Source: an uncultured Mycoplasmatota bacterium (GTDB lineage: Bacteria > Bacillota_I > Bacilli_A > RF39 > UBA660). Taken from it: a DNA stretch of 64,000 nucleotides. The stretch is from contig UQXO01000004.1 of assembly GCA_900545005.1 (NCBI GenBank), positions 13,661-77,660 on the forward strand, in the 5' to 3' direction. The notes beneath the pieces were generated by a model. The model was not told the DNA's origin, did not search any database, and saw nothing but the letters and a program-made list of their open reading frames with translations. How positions within the stretch are numbered: position 1 is the first letter of the stretch; each line of letters begins with the position of its first letter. Shown in pieces: positions 18,140-28,400 of this stretch. Made by a program: the position numbers and the translations under genes.

Positions 18140-20707
18140 ATGAAGAGAAATGAAGTAAAGTATGAAGAATTAAGCCCAATGATGCAACAATATTTGGACA
18201 TTAAAAATAAACATTTAGACGAATTATTATTTTACCGAATTGGGGATTTTTATGAGTTGTTCTTTGAAGATGGCGAGACAGCTGCTCGAGAATTAGAGCT
18301 TACTTTAACAGGAAAGAATGCTGGATTAAGTGAACGTATACCTATGTGTGGGGTACCTTTTCATTCCGTTAAGCCTTATATTGAAAAGTTAATTGATAAA
18401 GGATATAAGGTTGCAATTTGTGAACAGTTAGAAGACCCTAAAATGACTAAAGGAATGGTCAAAAGAGGAGTTATTCAAGTTATTAGTAAAGGAACTTTAA
18501 CCGATTATGAAATGATGCCTCCTAAAGATAATAACTATATAGCTAGTGTTCTTGACTATGGTAACTGTTATGTTTTAACATATGCGGATATCTCAACTGG
18601 TGAATGTATGGCTTCTTTAGTTAAGCATGATAATGAGTCTTTACTAGATGAATTAGTTAATCTGAGTATTAAAGAAGTTATTTTAACCGATAATAGTAAT
18701 CTCTCTTTGATTCAGATTTTAAAAAACAACTATGGAATTGAAATAACTTATAGTAATAATTATCTTGAAGATGAATATGCTTATCTTTATAAAGAGCTTG
18801 ATGATAAGTTTGCTACGGGTATTAAGCATTTATTTTATTATTTAGTAATTACTAATATGAAAGATGTTTCTAATATTAGAGAAGTAACAATTATTGATAA
18901 AGATAAATACTTAAATATGGATATTCATACGGTTAGAAATTTAGAAGTCTTTGAAACTTTAAGATTAAAAGAAAGAACTTATAGTTTATTATGGCTTTTA
19001 GATAAGTGTAAGACGGCTATGGGTTCCCGAAAATTAAAGTCTTGGCTTCTTCATCCGCTCAAAGATATTAAAGAGCTAAATAAACGATATGATGCTATTG
19101 AAAAGATTAATACAGAATTTATTATTAAAGATGAATTAAGAGATTATTTGTACCAGGTCTATGATTTACAACGTTTGTGTGGTAAATTAATATCTGGAAA
19201 CTTAAATGCTCGTGATCTTTTGCAGATAAAGAAGAGTTTAGAAATCTTACCTAATATCATTAGTGATGTTAAAAAATTAGGCTTTGCTTATGAGTTAGAT
19301 CCTAATACAGAGGTTTATGAGCTTCTAGAGCAGGCAATCTTTGAAAATCCTCCCGTAACAGTTAGAGAAGGCTCGTTAATTAAGAGTGGCTATAATAGTG
19401 AACTTGATGAACTACGTAGTATCAGAACTGGTGGTAAAGAATTTATTGCTTCTTTTGAAGAAAAGTTAAAAGATGAGACGGGGATTAAGAACTTAAAAGT
19501 AGGGTATAACAAGATCTTCGGCTACTATATTGAAGTTTCTAAAGGTCAAAGTAAGATGGTTATGGAAGATTTTGGGTGGGAGCGAAGACAGACTCTAACT
19601 AATTGTGAACGCTTTATCTCCCCAGCTCTAAAAGAAAAAGAAGCTCTTATTTTAAATGCTGAAGAACGGATAATTGATTTAGAATATAAAATATTTAATG
19701 AAGTAAAAGAAAGTGTTAAGAAACATATCTTTAGTTTGAAAAAAGACGCAGAAATTTTAAGTGAAATCGACTGTTTAATCTCTCTAGCAGTTTGTGCAGA
19801 AGAGTATAACCTAGTAAGGCCAACTTTAACGTTAGAAAATGAAATTAAGATTAAAGATGGTAGACATCCAGTCGTAGAAGCAGTTAGCAATGGCTTATAT
19901 GTTCCTAATGATTGTATGATGCCCGAAAATATTAATACTCTTTTAATAACTGGACCGAATATGAGTGGTAAATCAACCTTTATGCGACAGTTAGCTATCA
20001 TTGTTATTATGGCTCAAACTGGCTCATTTGTTCCCGCCAAAAGAGCAACCTTGCCAATAATCGATAAGATTTTCACAAGAATTGGTGCTTCTGATGACCT
20101 TGTTAGTGGGGAATCAACATTTATGGTTGAAATGAAAGAAGCTTGTAATGCCATTTTAAATGCTACTCCTAACTCTTTAGTCTTATTTGATGAATTAGGA
20201 CGTGGGACAGCTACTTACGATGGGATGAGTCTTGCTCAAGCTATTTTAGAATACATTAGTAAAAATATTAAATGTAAGACCTTGTTTTCTACCCATTATC
20301 ATGAATTAACCGTGTTAGCTAATGAAATTAAAACGATAAAAAATGTTCATGTTGAAGCTCATGAAGAAAATGGGACAGTTACCTTCTTGCATAAAGTAAG
20401 TAGTGGACCGGCTGATAAGTCCTACGGAATTCATGTAGCAAGATTAGCGAAGATGCCAGAAGACCTGCTTAAAAGAGCCTCTGAAATACTAAAGAATTAT
20501 GAAACAACGGATAATAAGACTAATATTAAACAAGTAAGTCTTTTTGACCTCGAAGAGCCTAAAACCGTTGCCGAAGAATCAGTAAAACATGAAGAAAATA
20601 ATGGCATAACTAAGGAAATTGCCAAACTAAATTTGGATAATTTAAGACCAATTGATGCCTTAAATGAGTTATATAAAATAAAAGATATGATAAATAAAAA
20701 AGCATAA
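18140..20707 (+). CDS. mutS: DNA mismatch repair protein MutS
   Basis: The protein begins TPMMQQY-like (SPMMQQYLDIK). The Walker A motif is GPNMSGKST. DELGRGT and STHYHEL are also present. Confidence 0.95.
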   Translation: MKRNEVKYEELSPMMQQYLDIKNKHLDELLFYRIGDFYELFFEDGETAARELELTLTGKNAGLSERIPMCGVPFHSVKPYIEKLIDKGYKVAICEQLEDPKMTKGMVKRGVIQVISKGTLTDYEMMPPKDNNYIASVLDYGNCYVLTYADISTGECMASLVKHDNESLLDELVNLSIKEVILTDNSNLSLIQILKNNYGIEITYSNNYLEDEYAYLYKELDDKFATGIKHLFYYLVITNMKDVSNIREVTIIDKDKYLNMDIHTVRNLEVFETLRLKERTYSLLWLLDKCKTAMGSRKLKSWLLHPLKDIKELNKRYDAIEKINTEFIIKDELRDYLYQVYDLQRLCGKLISGNLNARDLLQIKKSLEILPNIISDVKKLGFAYELDPNTEVYELLEQAIFENPPVTVREGSLIKSGYNSELDELRSIRTGGKEFIASFEEKLKDETGIKNLKVGYNKIFGYYIEVSKGQSKMVMEDFGWERRQTLTNCERFISPALKEKEALILNAEERIIDLEYKIFNEVKESVKKHIFSLKKDAEILSEIDCLISLAVCAEEYNLVRPTLTLENEIKIKDGRHPVVEAVSNGLYVPNDCMMPENINTLLITGPNMSGKSTFMRQLAIIVIMAQTGSFVPAKRATLPIIDKIFTRIGASDDLVSGESTFMVEMKEACNAILNATPNSLVLFDELGRGTATYDGMSLAQAILEYISKNIKCKTLFSTHYHELTVLANEIKTIKNVHVEAHEENGTVTFLHKVSSGPADKSYGIHVARLAKMPEDLLKRASEILKNYETTDNKTNIKQVSLFDLEEPKTVAEESVKHEENNGITKEIAKLNLDNLRPIDALNELYKIKDMINKKA

Positions 20708-20728
20708 ATTGCTTAGAAGGAAGTATAT

Positions 20729-21121
20729 ATGAAATCGAGAAGTGAATTAAGAGAAAAAATAATGATAATTTTATATCAAATTGATATAAATAAATCGCAA
20801 CATATTAATTTTAATGTGGAAGAAATAATTAGTGATAATCTTGATATTGATAATGAGTTTGTTAGAGATACTGTTTATGGGGTTATTACTTATGAAGATG
20901 AAATCATCAAAATAGCTAATAAATACTTAAAAGACTGGGATATAAATCGTATTGATAAGACTGGAGCCGCTATTTTAAAAATGGCTATCTATGAGCTTAA
21001 ATATACAGATACTCCACATATTGTAGTTATTAATGAAGCTGTAGAACTAGCTAAGAAATATTCAGATGATTCCGTTCGTAAGATTATTAATGCTGTTTTA
21101 GATAAGATGATAAAAGAGTAA
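20729..21121 (+). CDS. nusB: Transcription antitermination factor NusB
   Basis: The protein is 130 aa. ...INRIDKTGAAILKMAIYELKY...INEAVELAKKY... is present. Confidence 0.85.
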   Translation: MKSRSELREKIMIILYQIDINKSQHINFNVEEIISDNLDIDNEFVRDTVYGVITYEDEIIKIANKYLKDWDINRIDKTGAAILKMAIYELKYTDTPHIVVINEAVELAKKYSDDSVRKIINAVLDKMIKE

Positions 21122-21123
21122 TT

Positions 21124-22404
21124 ATGGATATTAATTATATTACAATATCAGACTTAAATCGTTATATTAAGGCTAAATTTGATGTCGATGGTAATCTAAA
21201 TAATGTTTATTTAAAAGGAGAAATCTCAAATTTTAAACATCATACTAGGGGGCATTTCTACTTTACTTTGAAAGATGAGTCTTCTAGAATAGCAGCGGTT
21301 ATGTTTAATTTTAATGCTTCCAAAGTTAACTTTGAACCAGAAGATGGTATGAAAGTTTTAGTTAGTGGTCGTATTAGTGTTTATGAAGCTACTGGATCTT
21401 ATCAAATCTATGTTAATACCATGGATGTTGATGGTATAGGAAACTTATATTTAGAATATGAAAAACTAAAGAAAAAGCTGGCGACTGAAGGTCTTTTTGA
21501 TCAAAACCATAAAAAACCAATTCCCCGATTTCCTAAGACTATTGGGATTATTACCGCTCCTACGGGGGCTGCCATTAGAGATATCTTAAGCACCATTAAA
21601 AGAAGATATCCTATTGCTAAAACTATTCTTTTTCCGGCCTTAGTTCAAGGAACTGGTTCGAAAGAATCAATTGTTAAACAGTTAAAAAAAGCTCAAGAAT
21701 ACGACTTAGATGTTATTATCTGTGGGCGTGGAGGTGGTTCGATTGAAGACTTATGGAGTTTTAACGAAGAGATAGTAGCCCGGGCTATTTACGAATCTAA
21801 AATTCCCGTTATCAGTGCCGTTGGGCATGAAATTGACTTTACCATTGCCGACTTTGTGGCTGATTTAAGGGCACCAACGCCAACTGGTGCCGCCGAAATG
21901 GCAGTGCCTAATCTCACTGATTTAAACAATTATTTAAATCAATTAAAGATTAGAATAACTAAAGCAATGGAAAATAATCTTAACGAAAAAGAAAGTCGTT
22001 TAAAGACACTAACAACAAAGCAGATATTAAAAAATCCTTTAAGTATTTACGAAATTAAAGAACAGAAACTAGATAATTTATTAGATAGGTTGAATCTATA
22101 TATTAATAATAAACTTAGAGAGGATACTCTTAAATATCAAAGAATTATCGATAATATTCTCTTTAAGGAGCCAAAAAAATTATTAGAAAGAAAAGAATAT
22201 CAATTTAATATTCTTTTAAAGACAATAACAATCCTTAATCCAATGAAACTCTTAGAAAGTGGGTATAGTGTTGTTAAAAGTAAAGATACAATAGTTACTA
22301 GTATCGCTAAAATAAATAAAGATGATTTGTTAAAAATCACCTTAAAAGATGGGGTAATTAATGCCAAAGTGGTAAGTAAGGAGGGCAATCATGGCCAAGA
22401 ATGA
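21124..22404 (+). CDS. xseA: Exodeoxyribonuclease VII large subunit
   Basis: YLKGEISNFKHHTRGHFYFTLKD, GIITAPTGAAIRD and GRGGGSIEDLW are present. Confidence 0.93.
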   Translation: MDINYITISDLNRYIKAKFDVDGNLNNVYLKGEISNFKHHTRGHFYFTLKDESSRIAAVMFNFNASKVNFEPEDGMKVLVSGRISVYEATGSYQIYVNTMDVDGIGNLYLEYEKLKKKLATEGLFDQNHKKPIPRFPKTIGIITAPTGAAIRDILSTIKRRYPIAKTILFPALVQGTGSKESIVKQLKKAQEYDLDVIICGRGGGSIEDLWSFNEEIVARAIYESKIPVISAVGHEIDFTIADFVADLRAPTPTGAAEMAVPNLTDLNNYLNQLKIRITKAMENNLNEKESRLKTLTTKQILKNPLSIYEIKEQKLDNLLDRLNLYINNKLREDTLKYQRIIDNILFKEPKKLLERKEYQFNILLKTITILNPMKLLESGYSVVKSKDTIVTSIAKINKDDLLKITLKDGVINAKVVSKEGNHGQE

Positions 22405-22618
22405 GAAAACTTTTGAAGAAAATTTAACCGAATTAGAAAGTATAGTAAAAGAATTAGAAATGGGTAATGTTGATTTAGATAAGGCTATTGCCAAATATAG
22501 TGAAGCTATGCAATTAGCTAAAATCTGTGGTGAAAAATTAAATAATGCTAAAGAAAGCATTAATAAAATTTTAACTGACAATAATACCTTAGAAGACTTT
22601 AAAATTGAAAACGAGTAG
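22391..22618 (+). CDS. xseB: Exodeoxyribonuclease VII small subunit
   Basis: The protein is 75 aa. FEENLTELESIVKELEMGNVDLDKAI is present. It overlaps the xseA 3' end. Confidence 0.9.
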   Translation: MAKNEKTFEENLTELESIVKELEMGNVDLDKAIAKYSEAMQLAKICGEKLNNAKESINKILTDNNTLEDFKIENE

Positions 22619-22691
22619 CAATACTTGTTTTTTGGTATAAATTGTCACTATAAATACTTATAAGAAGTTCATACTACTAATGGTGAAGTTT

Positions 22692-23675
22692 ATGAAAAAG
22701 ATAATTCAAAAAATAACAGTGGGTTTAGCCATATTTAGTTTTCCTTTTACGGTTTTAGCCTACTCAGATAAGGTAATCTTAGGCGGTCAAAATATCGGGA
22801 TAACTATTAATATGCAGGGTGTTTTAGTAGTAGGATTCTACAAAGTAAATGGAGAATATAATTCCAGTCATTTATTAAGCGGTGACTATATTACCAAAGT
22901 AAATAATATTCCAGTTAATAATATCAAAGAACTTGTTAATGAAATAAATAATAATGCTAAAGATGATAGTGTTTCTATAACTTATATTCGTAATAATAAA
23001 GAATATACTACTAATTTAAAGTTAGAAAAGACTAATAATACCTATAAAACGGGTATCTATGTTAAAGATAATATGCTAGGTAATGGGACTATTACTTATA
23101 TTGATCCCGAGAGTAAAATCTATGGTGCTTTAGGACATTTCATTGTTGATAGTAGTACTAATGAGGCTATAAAAATAAATGATGGTAATATCTTTAAGAG
23201 TATTATTACTAGTGTTACTAAGAGTACCAATGGTAATCCTGGAAGTATTAATACTAACTTCTCTAAAAAAGATATCTATGGCACCATTGATAAAAATACC
23301 TTTGCTGGTATCTTTGGTACCTTTAATAAAGAAGTAAATACGGATAATTTAGTTCCCATTGCCAAAATAGAAGAAGTAAAAAAAGGTGCTGCTACCATTT
23401 ATACCTCTTTATATCATAACGAAGTAAAAGCTTACAATATCAATATCTTAAGAATTGAAAAAAACAATAAAATTAAAAACTTCTATTTTGAAATAACGGA
23501 TGAAGAATTAATTAAAGAAGCTGGCGGTATTGTGCAAGGAATGAGTGGGTCTCCTATTATTCAAAATGGTAAATTAATCGGAGCCGTTACTCATGTTAGT
23601 ATTGATAACGTTAAAACCGGTTATGGTATTTCTATTATAAATATGCTAGAAGAAAGCGAAAAAAGTAGTAATTAA
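22692..23675 (+). CDS. spoIVB: SpoIVB-like S55 serine peptidase with a PDZ domain
   Basis: GGIVQGMSGSPIIQNGKLIGAVTHV is the S55 catalytic-Ser motif. There is a signal/anchor at the N-terminus. The ATG at 22692 follows GGTGAAG. Confidence 0.75.
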   Translation: MKKIIQKITVGLAIFSFPFTVLAYSDKVILGGQNIGITINMQGVLVVGFYKVNGEYNSSHLLSGDYITKVNNIPVNNIKELVNEINNNAKDDSVSITYIRNNKEYTTNLKLEKTNNTYKTGIYVKDNMLGNGTITYIDPESKIYGALGHFIVDSSTNEAIKINDGNIFKSIITSVTKSTNGNPGSINTNFSKKDIYGTIDKNTFAGIFGTFNKEVNTDNLVPIAKIEEVKKGAATIYTSLYHNEVKAYNINILRIEKNNKIKNFYFEITDEELIKEAGGIVQGMSGSPIIQNGKLIGAVTHVSIDNVKTGYGISIINMLEESEKSSN

Positions 23676-23709
23676 GACTTAACCATTATATAATAGTAAT
23701 GGTGATTAT

Positions 23710-24678
23710 ATGAAAAAGATAGTAATATTTGGCGGTGGCTCTGGCCTTTCGCAAATTTTAAAAGGATTAAAACTTTTCCCTCTAGACATAACAGCCGTTG
23801 TCTCTGTAGCGGATAATGGTGCCTCTACCGGCCGCCTTCGCAAAGATTTTAATATTCCTGCCGTTGGCGATATTTCTAAAGTAATGTTAGCTATGTCAAA
23901 TGCTAACACTGACTTAGTAAATCTTCTAAATTATCGTTTTACTAAATCTAAGACTTTAGGTAATCATTCTGTAAAAAATCTTCTTTTAAGTGCCCTTTTA
24001 GACCTCAAAGGTAATTTTAATGATAGTATTCCTATTATGATGAATTTATTAGATATTAAAGGCAATATTCTTCCCTTAACCGAAGATAATGCTGAATTAG
24101 TAGGTTTTACCGCCTCTGGTAAAAAAATTCTAGGCGAAGAACAAATTACTAAATGTGCTAACAAAATTAGTCATATTGGCTACAATAAAGAAATAAAAAT
24201 AAATCCTAAAGTTCTAACCGCTATTAAAGAAGCCGATTTAATTATCTTTTCGACCGGCTCTCTTCTAACTAGCATTGCTCCTCATTTAATTGTTAAAGAA
24301 GTTATTGAAGCTTTAAGAAATACTAAAGCTCCTAAACTTTATATCTGTAATTTATTTACCCAGCCCGGTGAAACTGATGGTTATACCGTAAGTCAGCATA
24401 TCGATATCCTCGAGTCTTACCTAGGTAAAGATACCATTGATGTAGTGATTGCTAATAAAAATCTTAAAGATAAGGCTTTAAAAGCTAAATATCAAACAAA
24501 AGAGCAAAAAGATCCTGTTATCTTAGATGAAGAGGTACTTCAAAAAAGAAATGTCTTAGTAATAGCAGATAACCTTGCTAAAATTGAAGATAATGTCTAT
24601 CGCCATGACTCTTTAAAAACGGCTTATTTAATCTTTTCCTACTTAATGGATAGTGAAGCAAGTAATTACTCAAAGTAA
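23710..24678 (+). CDS. yvcK: YvcK/CofD-like gluconeogenesis factor family protein
   Basis: IVIFGGGSGLSQILKGLK and ITAVVSVADNGASTGRLR are present. Confidence 0.88.
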   Translation: MKKIVIFGGGSGLSQILKGLKLFPLDITAVVSVADNGASTGRLRKDFNIPAVGDISKVMLAMSNANTDLVNLLNYRFTKSKTLGNHSVKNLLLSALLDLKGNFNDSIPIMMNLLDIKGNILPLTEDNAELVGFTASGKKILGEEQITKCANKISHIGYNKEIKINPKVLTAIKEADLIIFSTGSLLTSIAPHLIVKEVIEALRNTKAPKLYICNLFTQPGETDGYTVSQHIDILESYLGKDTIDVVIANKNLKDKALKAKYQTKEQKDPVILDEEVLQKRNVLVIADNLAKIEDNVYRHDSLKTAYLIFSYLMDSEASNYSK

Positions 24679-24694
24679 ATTACTTGCTTTTTTT
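24658..24694 (+). terminator. Terminator after yvcK
   Basis: The 10-bp stem gcaagtaatt...aattacttgc overlaps the stop codon and is followed by T7. Confidence 0.7.
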
Positions 24695-24857
24695 GGACCT
24701 CCAAACTAAAAGTTTGGCGAAATTTTTAAAAAGTTTAGCCAAAAAGAAAAAAAATCACTACTTATCCCTAATATATATATATAGAAGGGTAGTGATTCTA
24801 TGACCAGCTAATTTTTAATTTTTAATTTTATTAAAAAGTTATTTGAGGAGGTTTAAA

Positions 24858-26717
24858 ATGAATAATAAAATTAAAAAAATAATCAGTTTTACTTTAATAC
24901 TAACAATTTTTATCCTGTTTACAAAGCAAAAAGTAGATGCTGAGAGCATCTACGAAGGAAAGTGGATTCCCAATATTTATTTAAAACTTGAACTAAATGG
25001 CTCCCAAAAATATATGCAAGCTGAGTTTTTTAGAAGGAGAAGTGATAACTCTTATGTTTACTGCTTAGAGCCATTTATTAAAATTAAAAATAATTCTACT
25101 TATGAAGAAGTTACTTCCAACTATCATAAACGCCTAGCCTTACCTGAAAAACGCTGGGAAAGAATTCTTTTATTAGCCTATTACGGATATAAATATCAAA
25201 ACCATCAAGAAGATAAATGGTATGTTATAACACAAGTTTTAATTTGGCGAACAATGAGTATTAATTATCAAGTTTCCTTTACAGACAAATTAAATGGTAA
25301 TATTTTACCCAATGCTTATCAAGAAGAAATTAATGAATTAGAAAACTTAGTAAAAAAGCATAGCCTGTTGCCTAGTTTTAATGATAAGACGCTTTCCACA
25401 TCTTACCATAATACTCTTACTTTAGAAGATGAAAATGCTTCCTTAAAAGATTACTACATTGAAAAATCAACTCTTCCCGCTACCATTACTAATAATAATC
25501 TTACCATTGAAGCAACCACCCTAGGAAATCATCAAATAATCTTAGAAAAACAAGATACTTTATATAAAAATGTACCTGTTCTTTACCTTTCTGAAGATTC
25601 TCAAAATGTCTTATTACCTGGTTCTTATGAACCCCAAAGAGTAACTTTAAATATTAATGTCGTAGGACCATCTCTAAAAATAGTAAAGAAAGATTTAGAG
25701 ACTAAAGAAACTCTTAAAGTCGCTGACATTAAATTTAAAGTTAAAGATCTTAAAACTAATGAATACTTAATAAATAAAAATAATCCCGATGATCCCCATA
25801 TCTTCAAGACTAATCAAGATGGAAAAATCCTAATAGATAACTTAAATTTTGGTAAATATATTATTACGGAAGAAAGTACTATTCCTGGTTATTTAAAAAA
25901 TACCCAAGAAAAACTAGTAGAACTCACTAAAGATACTACTTATCCAAAAGAAAATAATAAATTAATCTATGAAGTATCCATTTATAATGAAAGATTAACT
26001 ACTTCCCTTAAAGTTATTAAACTAGGAGAAAGTAACACTTCTAAAGATAGGTATATTCCTTTAAATAATATCACCATTGGTCTTTATGCTAAAGAAAGTA
26101 TTAAAGATATCAATGGAAAAATAATTCATCCTAAGAATAGTCTAATTGCTATGTCTAAGACTAATCAAGATGGTATCATCGAATTTATTAGTCTTTATCT
26201 AGGAAAATATTATCTAAAAGAAATAACTACTCAAGATAATTATCTTCTAGATACTAAAGAATATGCTATTGACCTAAGTAATATTAATTCTAAAGATGAA
26301 ATTAAGTCTTTAAAACTCATTAATTACTTAAAGAAAGGAAGTGTTAGTCTGGTTAAAAAGGATAGCCTAACTAAGGAAGTATTACCGGGTGTTAAGATTA
26401 ATCTTTATAAAGATGATAATACTCTTATTTACGAAGGAATTACTAATACTAGTGGTCTTCTTTCTATTGATAACTTACCCCTAGGAACTTATTACTTCGA
26501 AGAAATAGAAGCTATCCCCGGTTATACAATAAATCAAGAGAAACTTTACTTTACTCTCAAAGACCATAATGAATCTTTAGAACTAACATTTCTAAATGAC
26601 CCTTTAATTCCTATTCCTGATACTTATTCCCATAAAAAAGATTGGTCTAAGATCATAGAAGGAGCCTTAATTATCACATGGTTAATCATAATATTTCGAA
26701 GAAAAGCCATTATTTAA
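24858..26717 (+). CDS. Surface adhesin: N-terminal thioester (TQXA-type) domain, three Cna-B/SpaA-like domains, and a C-terminal anchor
   Basis: A signal peptide is present. The Cys motif is VYCLEPF and the Gln motif is ITQVLIW. The repeats carry GKYIITEESTIPGY, GKYYLKEITTQDNY and GTYYFEEIEAIPGY. The C-terminus is IPDTYSHKKDWSK, then the TM segment IIEGALIITWLIIIF, then RRK. GAGGAGG precedes the ATG at 24858. Confidence 0.75.
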   Translation: MNNKIKKIISFTLILTIFILFTKQKVDAESIYEGKWIPNIYLKLELNGSQKYMQAEFFRRRSDNSYVYCLEPFIKIKNNSTYEEVTSNYHKRLALPEKRWERILLLAYYGYKYQNHQEDKWYVITQVLIWRTMSINYQVSFTDKLNGNILPNAYQEEINELENLVKKHSLLPSFNDKTLSTSYHNTLTLEDENASLKDYYIEKSTLPATITNNNLTIEATTLGNHQIILEKQDTLYKNVPVLYLSEDSQNVLLPGSYEPQRVTLNINVVGPSLKIVKKDLETKETLKVADIKFKVKDLKTNEYLINKNNPDDPHIFKTNQDGKILIDNLNFGKYIITEESTIPGYLKNTQEKLVELTKDTTYPKENNKLIYEVSIYNERLTTSLKVIKLGESNTSKDRYIPLNNITIGLYAKESIKDINGKIIHPKNSLIAMSKTNQDGIIEFISLYLGKYYLKEITTQDNYLLDTKEYAIDLSNINSKDEIKSLKLINYLKKGSVSLVKKDSLTKEVLPGVKINLYKDDNTLIYEGITNTSGLLSIDNLPLGTYYFEEIEAIPGYTINQEKLYFTLKDHNESLELTFLNDPLIPIPDTYSHKKDWSKIIEGALIITWLIIIFRRKAII

Positions 26718-27280
26718 TTATTACTATTCTTATCCTTTTTTCCCTTAGTTTAATTATTCTTAAACATAATGATTATCTTCAAGATAAAAAAGAACAAGCT
26801 AGTATCGATTATTACTTTTCTAAAAAGACCAGTGATACAAAAAATACTATAAGTCTCCCCGAAGAAGAAATAACCCCATATTATGCTATTTTAAAAATTC
26901 CTAAGATTAACTTAACAAAAGGATTAGTTAATCCCGATAGTAAAGATAATAACGTTAATAAAAATATTTATATTGCTAAGAATTCTCTTTTTCCTGAAGA
27001 TAACAAGATAAGTCATATTATTCTCGCTGCTCACTCTGGATATAACGGTATAGCATATTTTAAAGACTTAAATAAACTAGTTTCTAATGATGATATATAT
27101 CTTTATTATAATAGAAAAAAATATACTTATAGAGTAGCCTTCTCTTATGAAATTGAAAAAAATGGTTATCTAACTTACAATACTAGAAGTGTTTCTGATC
27201 TTTATCTAATTACTTGTCTTAAGAATACAGATAGACAAATAGTCTATGTAGCTAATTTAATTATGGAAGAAAATATTTAA
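26678..27280 (+). CDS. Sortase family transpeptidase
   Basis: It has an N-terminal TM helix. The His motif is ILAAHSG, the Cys motif is LYLITC, and an Arg follows in TDRQIVY. It overlaps the adhesin 3' end by 40 nt. Confidence 0.8.
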   Translation: MVNHNISKKSHYLIITILILFSLSLIILKHNDYLQDKKEQASIDYYFSKKTSDTKNTISLPEEEITPYYAILKIPKINLTKGLVNPDSKDNNVNKNIYIAKNSLFPEDNKISHIILAAHSGYNGIAYFKDLNKLVSNDDIYLYYNRKKYTYRVAFSYEIEKNGYLTYNTRSVSDLYLITCLKNTDRQIVYVANLIMEENI

Positions 27281-27334
27281 GAAAAAGCCAAAAAAATCTT
27301 TAAAATATGATATGATGTTATTGAGGTGGTTAGT

Positions 27335-27970
27335 GTGAATTTAGATAATCAAAATAAAATGAGAATTCTTGATGATATCTTCTTAGGAACTAAGGAGTCC
27401 CAAGGACTAAGAAATGCCGTAGCAGCCATTAAGTTTGTCTTATTTGATGATGATAGTGTCTTACCAGATGGTTTAAAGTATAATGATAAGTATGAGTTTA
27501 TTTCTTCTAGAAGGGGAGGACGGGCTAAGGCTAAAGCCTTAAGTGAGCTTGATTTAACTGAAGATTTATGCCAATATGCTATGTCCTCTTTTGGACTTTG
27601 TAATACTGCTTTTACTGTTACTTATGATGATTATAAAAAAGCTCTTGATAATACAATTACTAGGGATTATACGGCCGATTTTGCCGTTGAATTAGTAGCG
27701 TATGCCTTTACTTTTGAGCCTTATGGAGCCGTAGTCGTCTTAGAGAAAAATAAGACCTTAAGAAAAGCTTTAGCATCATCTCTTCTTAATGAACGTTATA
27801 TTGAAAATAAAATGTTAATGCTTGATCGCTTTGATGGGGTTATTCTAAGTACCAAGATGGATGAATTTACCAAGGAAAAATTCTTGGATAATTATAAATC
27901 CTTAGCCAATTACTTTTATAATATTAAGACCCGAAGTCAGGATTATCTAAATTACCTAGAAAATAATTAG
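27335..27970 (+). CDS. Hypothetical cytoplasmic protein (~211 aa)
   Basis: A GTG at 27335 lies 5 nt after GAGGTGG. I recognise no motif. Confidence 0.5.
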   Translation: MNLDNQNKMRILDDIFLGTKESQGLRNAVAAIKFVLFDDDSVLPDGLKYNDKYEFISSRRGGRAKAKALSELDLTEDLCQYAMSSFGLCNTAFTVTYDDYKKALDNTITRDYTADFAVELVAYAFTFEPYGAVVVLEKNKTLRKALASSLLNERYIENKMLMLDRFDGVILSTKMDEFTKEKFLDNYKSLANYFYNIKTRSQDYLNYLENN

Positions 27971-27985
27971 AAAGAGTAGGAGTAG

Positions 27986-28369
27986 ATGAAAAATTTAATT
28001 GCAGAATTTAAAAAATTCATTATGCGCGGTAATGTCGTTGATTTAGCTGTTGGTGTAGTAATGGGTAATGCTTTTTCCAAGATTGTTACCTCTTTAGTAA
28101 ATGATATTATGATGCCTATAATTGGAATTATCATTGGTGGTCATGATTTTAAAAATCTTTCTATTACCATTGGAAACGCCAAAATAATGTATGGCTCCTT
28201 TATCCAAAATATCATTGATTTTCTTATCATTGCAACTTCTATCTTCATTTTCATTAAGCTAATTAATGTTCTTATGCCAAAGAAAGAAGAATCCAAGAAA
28301 GAAACAAAAAAAGAAGTATCCGAAGAAGTCTTACTGTTACGAGAAATTAGAGATAGTCTTAAGAAATAA
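27986..28369 (+). CDS. mscL: Large-conductance mechanosensitive channel
   Basis: [24 protein letters not shown] and IMPIIG are present. The protein is 127 aa. Confidence 0.93.
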   Translation: MKNLIAEFKKFIMRGNVVDLAVGVVMGNAFSKIVTSLVNDIMMPIIGIIIGGHDFKNLSITIGNAKIMYGSFIQNIIDFLIIATSIFIFIKLINVLMPKKEESKKETKKEVSEEVLLLREIRDSLKK

Positions 28370-28400
28370 AAAAAGTCACATCGTTGTGTGGCTTTTATTT
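28368..28400. terminator. Bidirectional terminator between mscL and the small convergent ORF
   Basis: The hairpin gtcacatcgttgtgtggc (28375-28392) is flanked by an A-run and a T-run. Confidence 0.55.

Noticed and set aside
19546-20001. A 151-aa ORF antisense to mutS.
   Set aside because: It lies entirely within the conserved MutS ATPase region and its translation has no motifs. It is a typical antisense shadow ORF.
22342-22581. A 79-aa ORF antisense to xseB, together with 22200..22388 antisense to xseA.
   Set aside because: They lie within conserved genes, have no SD, and give hydrophobic junk translations.
23706-23909. A 67-aa ORF antisense to the yvcK 5' end, together with 23964..24164.
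   Set aside because: The GC-rich conserved nucleotide-binding region of yvcK opens the opposite frame. There are no independent signals.
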